Shown one piece after another: positions 18,610 to 28,200 of a stretch of DNA of 32,000 nucleotides. This DNA comes from an uncultured Actinomycetes bacterium (GTDB lineage: Bacteria; Actinomycetota; Actinomycetes; S36-B12; CAIYMF01): NCBI GenBank assembly GCA_963843975.1, contig CAWJMG010000003.1, forward strand, positions 1,680,001 to 1,712,000, written 5' to 3'. The stretch's first letter is position 1; each line of letters starts with the position of its first letter. A model generated the notes under the pieces. It saw only the letters and a list, made by a program, of their open reading frames with translations, ran no database searches and was not told the origin of the DNA. A program made the position numbers and the translations under genes.

Positions 18610-19470
18610 ATGCTGATCGTCGATGCGCGCGAGGCGCACACCTGGTTCGGATTCGGCGTCGCCGGCAACTTCGCCGGCCACCTCGAGCAGGCGGGCGAGG
18701 CGGGCGACTTCGTGTCGGTCACGGCCCCCGAGAACGCGCCGAAGGGGATCTTCCCCTTTTACGTGCCGGGCAAGGACTCCTACCTCGGCACGTTCCCCAT
18801 CTCGTCCGACACCGTCCAGCTGCCGCAGTCGGACACCCCGCTCAACCTGCAGATCGAGCCCGAGGCCGGCTTGCTCTGCCACGTCCACTACGGCGCCGAC
18901 GGCGGCATCGAGCGGCTCGCGCCCTACGCGATCGGGGCGTTCAACGACTGCTCGATCCGGCGGCCCGACGCCAAGAAGCTCAGCGAGAAGAAGAACTGGG
19001 GGCCCGCGTCCAAGGGCCTGGCCGCGCGCCTGCTCACGGTCGACGACCTCGGCCCAGCGGGCGGCACCGCCGACCTGCGCATCGCGAGCTTCCTGCGCCG
19101 CGGCGGCGAGGCGCACGCGTACGGCCTCGACTCCCCCGTCGTCGGCTACTCGTACTACGGCGACGTCCTGCTCGACTGGATCGTCGAGCGCCTGCACAAC
19201 CAGACGGGCTCGCCCGAGACACCGTTGGAGAACGTCGGCCAGTACCTCCTCGATGCCGGCCGCCCCGCCACGGTCGTGATCGGCATCGGCGCCACGCGCT
19301 ACACCGAGGTCGGCGAGAGCACCTACCTCGAGGACGGCGACCAGGCGATCGTGATCGTGTACGACGCCTCCGCGACCGCGCCCGAGCAGGTCGCGGCCGC
19401 GGTCGCAGCCGGCACCGAGGACGACCTCGAGCACGCGTCGGTGCTGCGCCAGACCGTCCGCACCGCCTGA
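18610..19470 (+). CDS. conserved hypothetical protein, FAH-like sequence pattern (possibly DUF5718)
   Basis: 286-aa ORF with typical codon bias. GVAGNFAGHLEQAG … PKGIFPFYVPG … LQIEPEAGLL resembles the spacing of fumarylacetoacetate-hydrolase-fold motifs. The family name is from memory only. Confidence 0.6.
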   Translation: MLIVDAREAHTWFGFGVAGNFAGHLEQAGEAGDFVSVTAPENAPKGIFPFYVPGKDSYLGTFPISSDTVQLPQSDTPLNLQIEPEAGLLCHVHYGADGGIERLAPYAIGAFNDCSIRRPDAKKLSEKKNWGPASKGLAARLLTVDDLGPAGGTADLRIASFLRRGGEAHAYGLDSPVVGYSYYGDVLLDWIVERLHNQTGSPETPLENVGQYLLDAGRPATVVIGIGATRYTEVGESTYLEDGDQAIVIVYDASATAPEQVAAAVAAGTEDDLEHASVLRQTVRTA

Positions 19471-19532
19471 GCACATCCACTGGTAGTCGGAACGGACGCC
19501 CTACCCTCCGAATTCACTTCCGAAGGACGCAC

Positions 19533-19566
19533 GAGAGCCCCGGCCGCTGAGGCGACCGGGGCTCTC
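19533..19566. terminator. stem-loop between convergent genes
   Basis: gagagccccgg (19533-19543) pairs with ccggggctctc (19556-19566), an 11-bp stem. It lies between stop 19470 (+) and the sdhB stop 19583 (-). Confidence 0.55.
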
Positions 19567-19582
19567 GAACGTTGCGGAGCGA

Positions 19583-20377
19583 CTAGCGAGGGGTGGTGCC
19601 ACCCGGCGTCGCGCCCGGCTTCTCGCGCTTGTCGCCCTTACGGAACAGCGAGGCGACCGAGAAGATCGGGTCGTACTTGCGGTCGGCGACGCGCTCCTTG
19701 AGCGGGATGAGCGCGTTGTCGGTGATGTGGATGTGCTCGGGGCACACCTCGGTGCAGCACTTGGTGATGTTGCAGTAGCCGAGCCCGTGGTCCTCGACGG
19801 CGACCTCACGACGGTCGGCCGTGTCGAGCGGGTGCATGTCGAGCTCGGCGATGCGCATGAGGAAGCGCGGGCCGGAGAAGGTGGTCTTGTTCTCCTCGTG
19901 GTCGCGGACCGCGTGGCAGACGTTGTTGCAGAGGAAGCACTCGATGCACTTGCGGAACTCCTGGCTCCGCTCGACGTCGACCTGCTGCATCCGGTAGTCA
20001 CCGGGCGCGAGGTCCTCCGGCGGCGCGAACGCGGGCACCATGCGGGCCTTCTCGTAGTTGTACGAGACGTCCGTGACGAGGTCGCGGATCACCGGGAACG
20101 TGCGAAGCGGCGTGATCGCGATCGTCTCGTCCTCGGTGAACGTGTTCATGCGCGTCATGCACATGAGCCGCGGCTTGCCGTTGATCTCGGCGCTGCACGA
20201 GCCGCACTTGCCGGCCTTGCAGTTCCAGCGGACGGCGAGGTCAGGGGCCTCGGTCGCCTGCAGGCGGTGGACGATGTCGAGGACGACCTCGCCCTCGTTG
20301 ACCTCGACGGCGAAGTCCTGCAGCGCGCCGCCCTCGTCGTCGCCGCGCCAGACCTTGAACTTGGCGGTGTACGTCAT
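19583..20377 (-). CDS. sdhB: succinate dehydrogenase/fumarate reductase iron-sulfur subunit
   Basis: MTYTAKFKVWRGDDEGG…CKAGKCGSCSAEINGKPRLMC… and later CIECFLCNNVC / CTEVCP provide cluster ligands. ATG at 20377 overlaps the sdhA stop (TGATG). Confidence 0.92.
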   Translation of the reverse strand: MTYTAKFKVWRGDDEGGALQDFAVEVNEGEVVLDIVHRLQATEAPDLAVRWNCKAGKCGSCSAEINGKPRLMCMTRMNTFTEDETIAITPLRTFPVIRDLVTDVSYNYEKARMVPAFAPPEDLAPGDYRMQQVDVERSQEFRKCIECFLCNNVCHAVRDHEENKTTFSGPRFLMRIAELDMHPLDTADRREVAVEDHGLGYCNITKCCTEVCPEHIHITDNALIPLKERVADRKYDPIFSVASLFRKGDKREKPGATPGGTTPR

Positions 20378-22261
20378 CAGTGGGCACCCTTCGGGAGCTC
20401 GGCCTCGGTGAGGTACTTCTTCAGCTCGCTGACCTCGAAGAGCTCGATGAGGTCCTCGCGCATCGGCGGGATCGCCTGGCGCTCGATGGCGACGCCGTCG
20501 CCCTCGGTGCGGCAGACGATGTTGACCTGGCGCCACTCCGGGTTCATGCCCGGGAAGTCGTCGCGGGTGTGGCCGCCACGGCTCTCGGTGCGCTCGAGCG
20601 CCGCCTTGGCGACCGACTCGCCGACGAGCAGCATGTTGCGCAGGTCGATCGCGAGGTGCCAGCCCGGGTTGAACGCCCGGCCGCCCTCGACCTTGGCGTT
20701 CTTGACCCGCACCTTGAAGTCGTCGAGCCGCGCGAGCGCCTCGACCAGCTCGGCCTCGGTGCGGATGATGCCGACGAGGTCGTTCATCGTCTGCTGCAGC
20801 TCGGCGTGGATGACGAACGGATTCTCGCCGCTCTCGATGTTGAACGGCAGAAGTGCCTCGGCCTCGGCGTCAGCGAGCATCTCGTCGGTGACCGCGGGGC
20901 GCGCCTCGCCGAGCGCGTCGATGTACTCGGCAGCGCCGAGGCCGGCGCGACGGCCGAAGACCAGCAGGTCGGAGAGGGAGTTGCCACCGAGGCGGTTGGA
21001 GCCGTGCATGCCGCCGGACACCTCGCCCGCGGCGAACAGGCCGGGGAGCTTGGTCATCTCGGTGTCGGGGTCGACCTCGACACCACCCATGACGTAGTGG
21101 CAGGTCGGACCGACCTCCATCGGCTCCTTGGTGATGTCGACGTCGGCCAGCTCCTTGAACTGGTGCCACATCGACGGGAAGCTCTTGCGGATGACGTCCG
21201 CGGGGAGGCGGCTCGACACGTCGAGGTAGACGCCGCCGCGGGGGGATCCGCGGCCGGCCTTGACCTCGGAGTTGATCGCGCGGGCGACCTCGTCGCGGGG
21301 CAGCAGCTCCGGAGGACGGCGGTTGTTGTCGGGGTCGGTGTACCAACGGTCGCCCTCCTCGGGCGTCGTCGCGTACATCGCCTTGAAGACGTCGGGGATG
21401 TAGTCGAACATGAAGCGCTTGCCCTCGGAGTTGGTGAGGACGCCGCCATCGCCTCGCACCGACTCGGTGACGAGGATGCCCTTCACCGACGGCGGCCAGA
21501 CCATGCCCGTCGGGTGGAACTGGATGAACTCCATGTTGAGCGTGGTCGCGCCGGCCTTCATCGCGAGAGCGTGGCCGTCACCGGTGTACTCCCACGAGCC
21601 GCTCGTGACCTTGAAGGTCTTGCCGATGCCGCCGGTGGCGAGCACGACGGCGGGCGCCTCGAAGAGGACGAAGTCGCCGGTCTCGCGGTAGTAGCCGTAG
21701 GCGCCGGCGGCGCGGCCGTCGGCGGTGAGCAGCCGGGTGATCGTGACCTCGGCGAAGATCTTGATGCCGGCCTCGTAGTCGCCGGTGGCACGGAAGTCGT
21801 CCTGCTGCAGCGAGACGATCTTCTGCTGCAGGGTGCGGATCAGCTCGAGGCCCGACGCGGTCGCCGACGTGGGCGAGGCGCGGGTACTCGTGGCCGCCGA
21901 AGTTGCGCTGGCTGATCTTGCCGTCGGGCGTGCGGTCGAAGAGCGCGCCGTACGTCTCGAGCTCCCAGACGCGCTGCGGCGCCTCCTTGGCGTGCAGCTC
22001 GGCCATCCGCCACGAGTTGAGGAACTTGCCGCCGCGCATGGTGTCGCGGAAGTGGACCTGCCAGTTGTCGTTCGAGTTGACGTTGCCCATGGCCGCGGCG
22101 ATGCCGCCCTCGGCCATGACCGTGTGCGCCTTGCCGAACAGCGACTTGCAGACGATCGCGACGCGCTTGCCCAGGAGTCGGGCCTCGATCGCGGCGCGCA
22201 GGCCGGCGCCACCGGCACCGATGACGACGACGTCGAAGGAATGGCGCTCGAGCTCGGTCAT
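20377..22261 (-). pseudogene. sdhA: succinate dehydrogenase/fumarate reductase flavoprotein subunit, frameshifted as assembled
   Basis: The N-terminus MTELERHSFDVVVIGAGGAGLRAA…GGHEYPRLAHVGDR is in the frame of ORF 21578..22261. The continuation (S)GLELIRTLQQKIVSLQQ…HPTGMVWP…GGNSLSDLLVFGRRAG… is in the frame of ORF 20377..22218. The junction is at about 21851-21862. The total length of 1885 nt is 3n+1. Confidence 0.9.
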
Positions 22262-22284
22262 GAAGGGGTTCCTTTACGCGGCCG

Positions 22285-23079
22285 TCAGAAGGAGATGTGC
22301 AGGTCGGTGCTGAGGGTGCCGGACGCCAGCAGGTAGACGTAGAAGTCGGCGAGCACGACGGTGCACAGCGAGATCCACGCCCACTTCATGTGGTGGGCGT
22401 TGATGCGCGACACGAACGTCCACATCTTGTAGCGGACGGGGTGCTTGGAGAAGTGCGTGATCCGGCCGCCGACGGCGTTGCGGCAGGAGTGGCACGACAG
22501 CGTGTAGAACCACAGCGCCGCGGCGTTGGCGACCAGGATCACGGTGCCGAGGCCGATGTAGCCCCAGCCGCCCTCGGGCTTCCGGAAGGCCGCGACCGCG
22601 TCGATCGTCAGCATGATGTTCAGCAGCAGCGCCAGGTAGAACGTGTAGCGGTGCAGGTTGTTGAGGATCAGCGGGAGACGGCGCTCACCGGTGTACTTGC
22701 CGTGGGGCTCGGCGACGGCGCAGGCCGGCGGCGACATCCAGAACGACCGGAAGTAGGCCTTCCGGTAGTAGTAGCAGGTGAAGCGGAACGTCAGCGGGAT
22801 CCACGCGATCAGCAGCGCCGGCGAGAGCGACCACCACGAGATCGGGCCGCCGGGGATGGCGCCCGGGTCGCACGTGGTGACGACGCACGGCGAGTAGTAG
22901 AGCGAGACGTACGGCTCGGCGACGTAGTACTTGCCGCTGAACACGCGCCAGGCGGAGTACACGACGAAGGCCGTGAGCGCGAGGAACGTGACGAGCGGCT
23001 GGATCCACCAGCGGTCCGTCCTCAGCGTCCTGACGCCGATCTTCGCGCGTCCTGGTGCGTCGACACCGGTCGTGGCCAT
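22285..23079 (-). CDS. succinate dehydrogenase membrane anchor subunit (mycobacterial Sdh1/Rv0249c-type)
   Basis: ATG at 23079 is preceded by GGGAG. The 264-aa polytopic protein has conserved Cys/His (…TCYYYRKAYFRSFW…, …LSCHSCRN…). It sits first in a three-gene anchor-flavoprotein-FeS order. Confidence 0.8.
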   Translation of the reverse strand: MATTGVDAPGRAKIGVRTLRTDRWWIQPLVTFLALTAFVVYSAWRVFSGKYYVAEPYVSLYYSPCVVTTCDPGAIPGGPISWWSLSPALLIAWIPLTFRFTCYYYRKAYFRSFWMSPPACAVAEPHGKYTGERRLPLILNNLHRYTFYLALLLNIMLTIDAVAAFRKPEGGWGYIGLGTVILVANAAALWFYTLSCHSCRNAVGGRITHFSKHPVRYKMWTFVSRINAHHMKWAWISLCTVVLADFYVYLLASGTLSTDLHISF

Positions 23080-23448
23080 GCGGCTCCCTGCCCGTTCTGC
23101 TGGGTCGATAGTGCGTGAATCCGTGAATCCGTGGCGAGTGTGCCAGGACCCTGCCCCTCGTGGCCCTGTACCCCGGCAAGCCGGCAGGGACCGTGACCCA
23201 CGCCACAACTCCCCGTGAGGCGCGGCCTTCCGGCCGGTCGCCAGGCGGGGAGCCGGCGGGGGTCGTGCGGGGCGGAGCGGGTCCCGAAACCCGCGGGTCC
23301 GGGAACGCCCGGTCCACCGATCCACAGGTTCCTCCTCACTCCCCGTCCCTGCCACCCGCACACGCCGTGAAGTCCGTCACCGTCGCGGGACGCCGTCCCG
23401 CCGAGCGGTACGCCGCCCGCCTCCCGAACCGCCGCCCGGGGACGTACG

Positions 23449-24786
23449 GTGCTCCGCGTGACCGCCACCGTGCCCGACCCCGCCCGCCTCGCGACCGACG
23501 CGGTGGACCTCGCCGTCCGCCTGATCCGGGTCGACTCGACCAACGGGAACGAGACCGTCGCGGCCGAGGTGCTCGCCGAGCACCTCGAGGGCTCGGGGGC
23601 CGAGGTCGAGCTGGTCGCCCGCGACCCCCGCCGGGCCAACCTCGTCGCCCGCCTGCCCGGCACCGGCGGCGGCCCGACCCTGGCCCTCGTGGGGCACCTC
23701 GACGTCGTCCCCGCCGACGCCCGCGACTGGACCCACCCGCCGTTCGAGGCCGTCCTGGACGACACCGGGATGCTCTGGGGGCGCGGCGCCGTCGACATGA
23801 AGAACGAGGTGGCCGCCCGCACGGCGGCCTTCGCCACTCTCGCCCGCTCCGGGTGGCGCGGCACCGGCGACCTTCTCCTGGTCATGGTCGCCGACGAGGA
23901 GGACGGCTCGGCCGAGGTCGGGATGAACTGGCTCGTGAAGGAGCGGCCCGACATCGCGACGACCTACGCCCTGAACGAGGGCGGCGGCCTGGCCTTCGAC
24001 CTCGCGGACGGCCGGCGGATGGTCGAGGTGGCGATCGGCGAGAAGGGCACCTGCCCGGTGCTGGTCGAGGCGGTGGGCGAGGCCGGTCACGCCTCGATGC
24101 CCGGCATCGGCGACAACGCCGTCGTGATCCTCGGCGAGATCCTGCGCCGCGTGGGCCGCGGGGTCGGCGAGCCGGTGGAGCACCCCGCCGTACGCCGGAT
24201 GCTCGAGGCCCTGCTGGGCGCCGACCAGGTCGCCCGTCTCGGTCTCGCAGGCTCGGTCGAGGCCGCAGCGGCGCTGCACGAGACGTGGGAGCACGCGATG
24301 CCCGCGCTCGCCGGCACCACGATGGCGCCGACCATGCTGCACGGCTCGGCCGCCCGGAACGTCATGCCAGGCCGCGCCGGCGTCGAGCTCGACTGCCGCA
24401 CGCTGCCCGGCACCACCGACGAGGAGGTGCTCGCGGCCGTCCGCGCCCGGATCGGCGACGGCGTCTCGTACGACCTGTCGTTCGCCGAGCCCGCGGTGCA
24501 CGGCAACTCCTCGGCTGCAGAAGGGCGCCTCTGGGACGTGGTGTCGACGTACGTCACCGACCACCTCGGCGGCGTGGCCCTGCCCGTGCTGTGCACGGGT
24601 TTCACCGACTCGGTCTACCTGCGGCGCGAGTTCGGCACGGAGGCGTTCGGCTTCAACACCTATGTCTCGACGCCGACCGCGGTCGTCGAGGCGGGCTTCC
24701 ACAACCGCGACGAGCGGATCCACGTCGACGACATCGCGCTCTCGGCGTCGTTCCACCTCGATGCCGTGAAGGCCCTGCTCGGCTGA
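23449..24786 (+). CDS. M20/M25/M40 family metallopeptidase
   Basis: …LVGHLDVVPADARDWTHPPFEAV…GRGAVDMKNEVAA…ADEEDGS… are M20 metal-ligand motifs. The start is GTG 23449 or GTG 23458. Confidence 0.85.
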   Translation: MLRVTATVPDPARLATDAVDLAVRLIRVDSTNGNETVAAEVLAEHLEGSGAEVELVARDPRRANLVARLPGTGGGPTLALVGHLDVVPADARDWTHPPFEAVLDDTGMLWGRGAVDMKNEVAARTAAFATLARSGWRGTGDLLLVMVADEEDGSAEVGMNWLVKERPDIATTYALNEGGGLAFDLADGRRMVEVAIGEKGTCPVLVEAVGEAGHASMPGIGDNAVVILGEILRRVGRGVGEPVEHPAVRRMLEALLGADQVARLGLAGSVEAAAALHETWEHAMPALAGTTMAPTMLHGSAARNVMPGRAGVELDCRTLPGTTDEEVLAAVRARIGDGVSYDLSFAEPAVHGNSSAAEGRLWDVVSTYVTDHLGGVALPVLCTGFTDSVYLRREFGTEAFGFNTYVSTPTAVVEAGFHNRDERIHVDDIALSASFHLDAVKALLG

Positions 24787-24796
24787 GCAGGCCCCG

Positions 24797-26020
24797 CTAC
24801 GCCAGCGGGTGCACGAACAGGCCGCTCGCGAGCTTGGGCTCGAACCACGTCGACTTCGGCGGCATCACCTCGCCGCGGTCGGCCACGGCGAGCAGCTCGT
24901 CGGTCGAGGTCGGGAACAGCGTGAACCCGACGGCGAAGGCACCGGACGCCACGAGCCGGTCGATCTCGCCCGCACCACGGATGCCACCGACGAACGCGAT
25001 GCGCGCATCCGTCCGGGGGTCGGCGATGCCGAGAACCGGGCCGAGGACCCGGTCCTGCAGCACCGAGACGTCGAGGCGCGCCAGCTCGTCGGCCTCGTCG
25101 ACGACGCCGGGTCGGGCGGTCGCCGTGCGCCAGCCGTCAGCGAGGCGGATCCCGAACGAGTGCCGCGAGGCCGGCGTGACCGGGCCGTCGGCCGGCTCGA
25201 CGTCGAAGTGCTCGGCCACCACCGCGAGGAACTCCCCCGGGGTGCGGCCAGCAAGGTCGCGGACGACGCGGTTGTAGGCCATGACCTGCACGTCGTCGAG
25301 GGGGAAGACCACGGCGAGGAACGCGTCGTGCTCGCCGGGCTGCCCGGCCCGCAGCGCGTGGACGCGGGAGGCCGCAGCGCTGCGGTGGTGGCCGTCCGCG
25401 ACGTACAGGTCTCCCCCGGCGGCGAACGCCGTGCGCAGGGCGACGATCTCGGCCGCGTCGTCGACGACCCAGAGCGTGTGGCCGACGCCGTCGCGCGAGA
25501 CGAGATCCACCTGCGGCTCGCGCGCAGTCACCGCGCCGAGGACAGCGTCGACGGCCGCAGATCGTCGGGACAGGAGGAACACCGGCTCGTCCTGCGCGTC
25601 GAGGGCGTCGACGTGGCGCACCCGGTCTAGCTCCTTGTCGGGCCGGGTGTGCTCGTGCGTGCGCACACGCTGCTCGTCGTAGTCGGCGACAGCGACCGCC
25701 GCCACCACGCCCGTCTGCACGACGTCGCCCATCACCTGGCGGTAGACGGAGTACGTCGGCACCTCGTCGCGCCGCAGAACGCCGTCGGCGACGAACTCGT
25801 CCAGCGTGCGGCGGCCGAGCGCGTAGACCTCGTCGCTGTGCGGGTCGACGTCGTCGGCGAGGTCGATCTCCGGCCTTGACACGCGCAGGAACGACATCGG
25901 GTCGCCTGCGGCGTACGCGCGCGCCTCGGCCGTGTCGACGACGTCGTACGGCGGTGACACGACGCGGCCCTCGAGCCCGGGAGCGGGGCGCAGCGCGCGG
26001 AACGGACGGACGTCGACCAT
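24797..26020 (-). CDS. DUF1015 domain protein
   Basis: MVDVRPFRALRPAPGLEGRVVSPPYDVVDTAEAR… is the characteristic DUF1015 N-terminus. 407 aa. Confidence 0.85.
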   Translation of the reverse strand: MVDVRPFRALRPAPGLEGRVVSPPYDVVDTAEARAYAAGDPMSFLRVSRPEIDLADDVDPHSDEVYALGRRTLDEFVADGVLRRDEVPTYSVYRQVMGDVVQTGVVAAVAVADYDEQRVRTHEHTRPDKELDRVRHVDALDAQDEPVFLLSRRSAAVDAVLGAVTAREPQVDLVSRDGVGHTLWVVDDAAEIVALRTAFAAGGDLYVADGHHRSAAASRVHALRAGQPGEHDAFLAVVFPLDDVQVMAYNRVVRDLAGRTPGEFLAVVAEHFDVEPADGPVTPASRHSFGIRLADGWRTATARPGVVDEADELARLDVSVLQDRVLGPVLGIADPRTDARIAFVGGIRGAGEIDRLVASGAFAVGFTLFPTSTDELLAVADRGEVMPPKSTWFEPKLASGLFVHPLA

Positions 26021-26029
26021 GCCCCGAAC

Positions 26030-26707
26030 CTAGCCGGTGACCGCGACGGCCGGCTCGTCACGGCGGCTGTGCACGAGCGCGACCCAGCCGGTCACGATCA
26101 GGGCCTGCGCGACGACGTACGTCGTCATCACGAGGACGCCGGACGCCGGGATCGACACGTCGGCGGCCCGGAGCCCGATGAGCAGGTCGGACACGAGGAA
26201 CACCACGCCGCCGACGCCGATCGCTCGACTGCCCGTCGCGACCGCAGACGCAGCCATCGTCACGAGCGCGAGGGAGTAGACGGTGATGGGCCAGCGCAGC
26301 TCGCCGAGCATCGGGCCGAGCGCGACGTTGAGGACCAGCCACAGCACCGCCCAGCCGACGACGACGAGCGGCCGCGCGCGGAGCCACGCGCCCGCCCCGA
26401 GACCGAGGAACCCACGGATGTAGCAGACCTGCATGAGCAGGAACGCGCCCATGCCGGCGAGGAACGCGACGGTGCCCGATACGTCGAGGAGGACGTCGCC
26501 CAGCAGCGCGAACGCGAGGCCCGCCGTGAGCATCCGGGGCGGTCGGCGGTCGGCCGCGAGGAACGCCCACACGAGCAGCAGCCCGACGAGGAACGGCTTG
26601 GTCGCGACCGCCAGCGTGTCGATCCCGGTCGCGACGGCGAGCACGTTGACGACGCAGACGGCGACGAACGCCGCGAAGACGCCACGGGGCTGGGGCAGGG
26701 CGTTCAT
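26030..26707 (-). CDS. YhhN-family (lysoplasmalogenase-like) membrane protein
   Basis: ATG at 26707 is preceded by GAGGA. The protein is polytopic, with …LAFALLGDVLLD… typical of YhhN. Confidence 0.75.
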   Translation of the reverse strand: MNALPQPRGVFAAFVAVCVVNVLAVATGIDTLAVATKPFLVGLLLVWAFLAADRRPPRMLTAGLAFALLGDVLLDVSGTVAFLAGMGAFLLMQVCYIRGFLGLGAGAWLRARPLVVVGWAVLWLVLNVALGPMLGELRWPITVYSLALVTMAASAVATGSRAIGVGGVVFLVSDLLIGLRAADVSIPASGVLVMTTYVVAQALIVTGWVALVHSRRDEPAVAVTG

Positions 26708-26753
26708 GCGGGTCCTCGGAGGCTGGGTCGGGGCGCGCACACCCTACGGCGCA

Positions 26754-28200
26754 TCAGACGCCGGAGACCGCCTGGATGCGGCCGTCGGCGATGGCGGACA
26801 CGAGGGCGGCGTGGTCGCGGCGGTTCTGGTCGGCGTAGTGGTGGCCGAACTCCACGAGGGCATCGTCGAGCCTGCGCGAGGTGCCGACGTACGACGCGAT
26901 CGCGACGCGGTCGCCTGAGCGCGCGTGGGCGCGCGCGAGGGTCCAGGCGCACACCTCGCCGTAGACGCGCATGCCGCCGGGCAGCAGGGTCGCGACGTCG
27001 ACGCTCCCCTTGCCGTCGCGCAGCTGGCGGACATAGAAGTCGCGAGGCTGCCCGTCGAGCCCGTGGCCGTGGTACCAGCCGAGGAAGATGTCGGTCGACG
27101 CCTGCATGAGCTGCTGCCCTGCGACCACCCGGCGCCCGTGCGACTCGAACGCCGACGTCCCGAGGTGCGGCTCGAGCACCGAGGGCTGGGCCTCCTTCCA
27201 CTGCAGGATGAGCGGGTCGCTGTCGTCCCGGCCGAGCAGCAGCACGATCCACGCACGCGTTCCGACGCTGCCGACGCCGACGACCTTGCGCGCGAGGTCG
27301 ACGAAGCGGTACTGCGTCACGAGGTCACGACGGTCGTCGGGCAGGGAGCGCAGGTAGTGGGTGAGGAACCGGTCGGCGGTCTCGACCACCCAGTCCCAGT
27401 CCGTGCCGAGCAGCTCGTCGACCGGGACGATCAGCGGGGGCTCGGACCGGAAGCGCGGCCCGTCGTCGGTCGGCATCGTCAGCTTGCCGAAGGCCTGAAG
27501 GCTGTCGCGCGCCGCGAACTTCGCGGTCTGCCTGTTGAACAGCTTGACCCTGCGCGGGTCGAGCTGTCCCCTAACGGTGTCGAGCAGCGCCTCCACCTCG
27601 AGGCGGGAGTACCAGACCGCGAGGTTGCCCTGGACTGCGAAGGACGCCATCGCGGTGCGGTAGCTGCGCACCGAGTCCCGCACGATCTCCTCGACGTCCG
27701 TCTGCGCGTAGCCGTTCTCCTGCGCCGCGATCACGAGCGAGGCCACGAGCCGCTTGAGGTCCCACTCCCACGGGCCGGGCAGCGTCTCGTCGAAGTCGTT
27801 GAGGTCGAAGACCAGCCGGCGGTCGGGCGCGTTGTAGACGCCGAAGTTCATGAGGTGGGCGTCTCCGCAGAGCTGCGCGTGGATCCCCGACGACGGCGTG
27901 CCGGCCAGGTCCGCCGACATGACCGCGGCCGCGCCTCGGTAGAAGGCGAACGGCGAGGACGCCATCCGCCCGTACCGGATGGGGACGCAGCTCGGGCACG
28001 CGCGTCGCCGCCTGGTCCTCGAGCACGGCCACCGGGTCGCGGCGGTCGGGGGACAGCACCAGCCCGGCGTGCGAGGAGCGCGGCAACGCCTTGCGCGCGG
28101 CCTTGCCACGCGCGGCCCGCTGCTCGACCGTCCCGCGACGCCCCGACAGCACGTGGTGCTGCAGGTGCTCCTCGCGCTCGTTCACCTCTGCAGATCCCAT
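26754..28200 (-). pseudogene. DUF2252 domain protein, frameshifted as assembled
   Basis: The N-terminus MGSAEVNEREEHL…RDPVAVLEDQAATRVPEL is in the frame of ORF 27571..29004. The continuation (V/R)PIRYGRMASSPFAFYRGAA… is in ORF 26754..28109. The junction is at ggggacgcag, 27981-27990 (a C4 run on the coding strand). The length of 1447 nt is 3n+1. Confidence 0.8.

Noticed and set aside
21845-21870. Programmed +1 ribosomal frameshift in sdhA (and at the other four sites).
   Set aside because: There is no shared slippery heptamer, no rare or stop codon at the shift site, and no downstream structure in common. Five unrelated genes with the same one-base excess next to short G/C runs is better explained by indel error or mutation.
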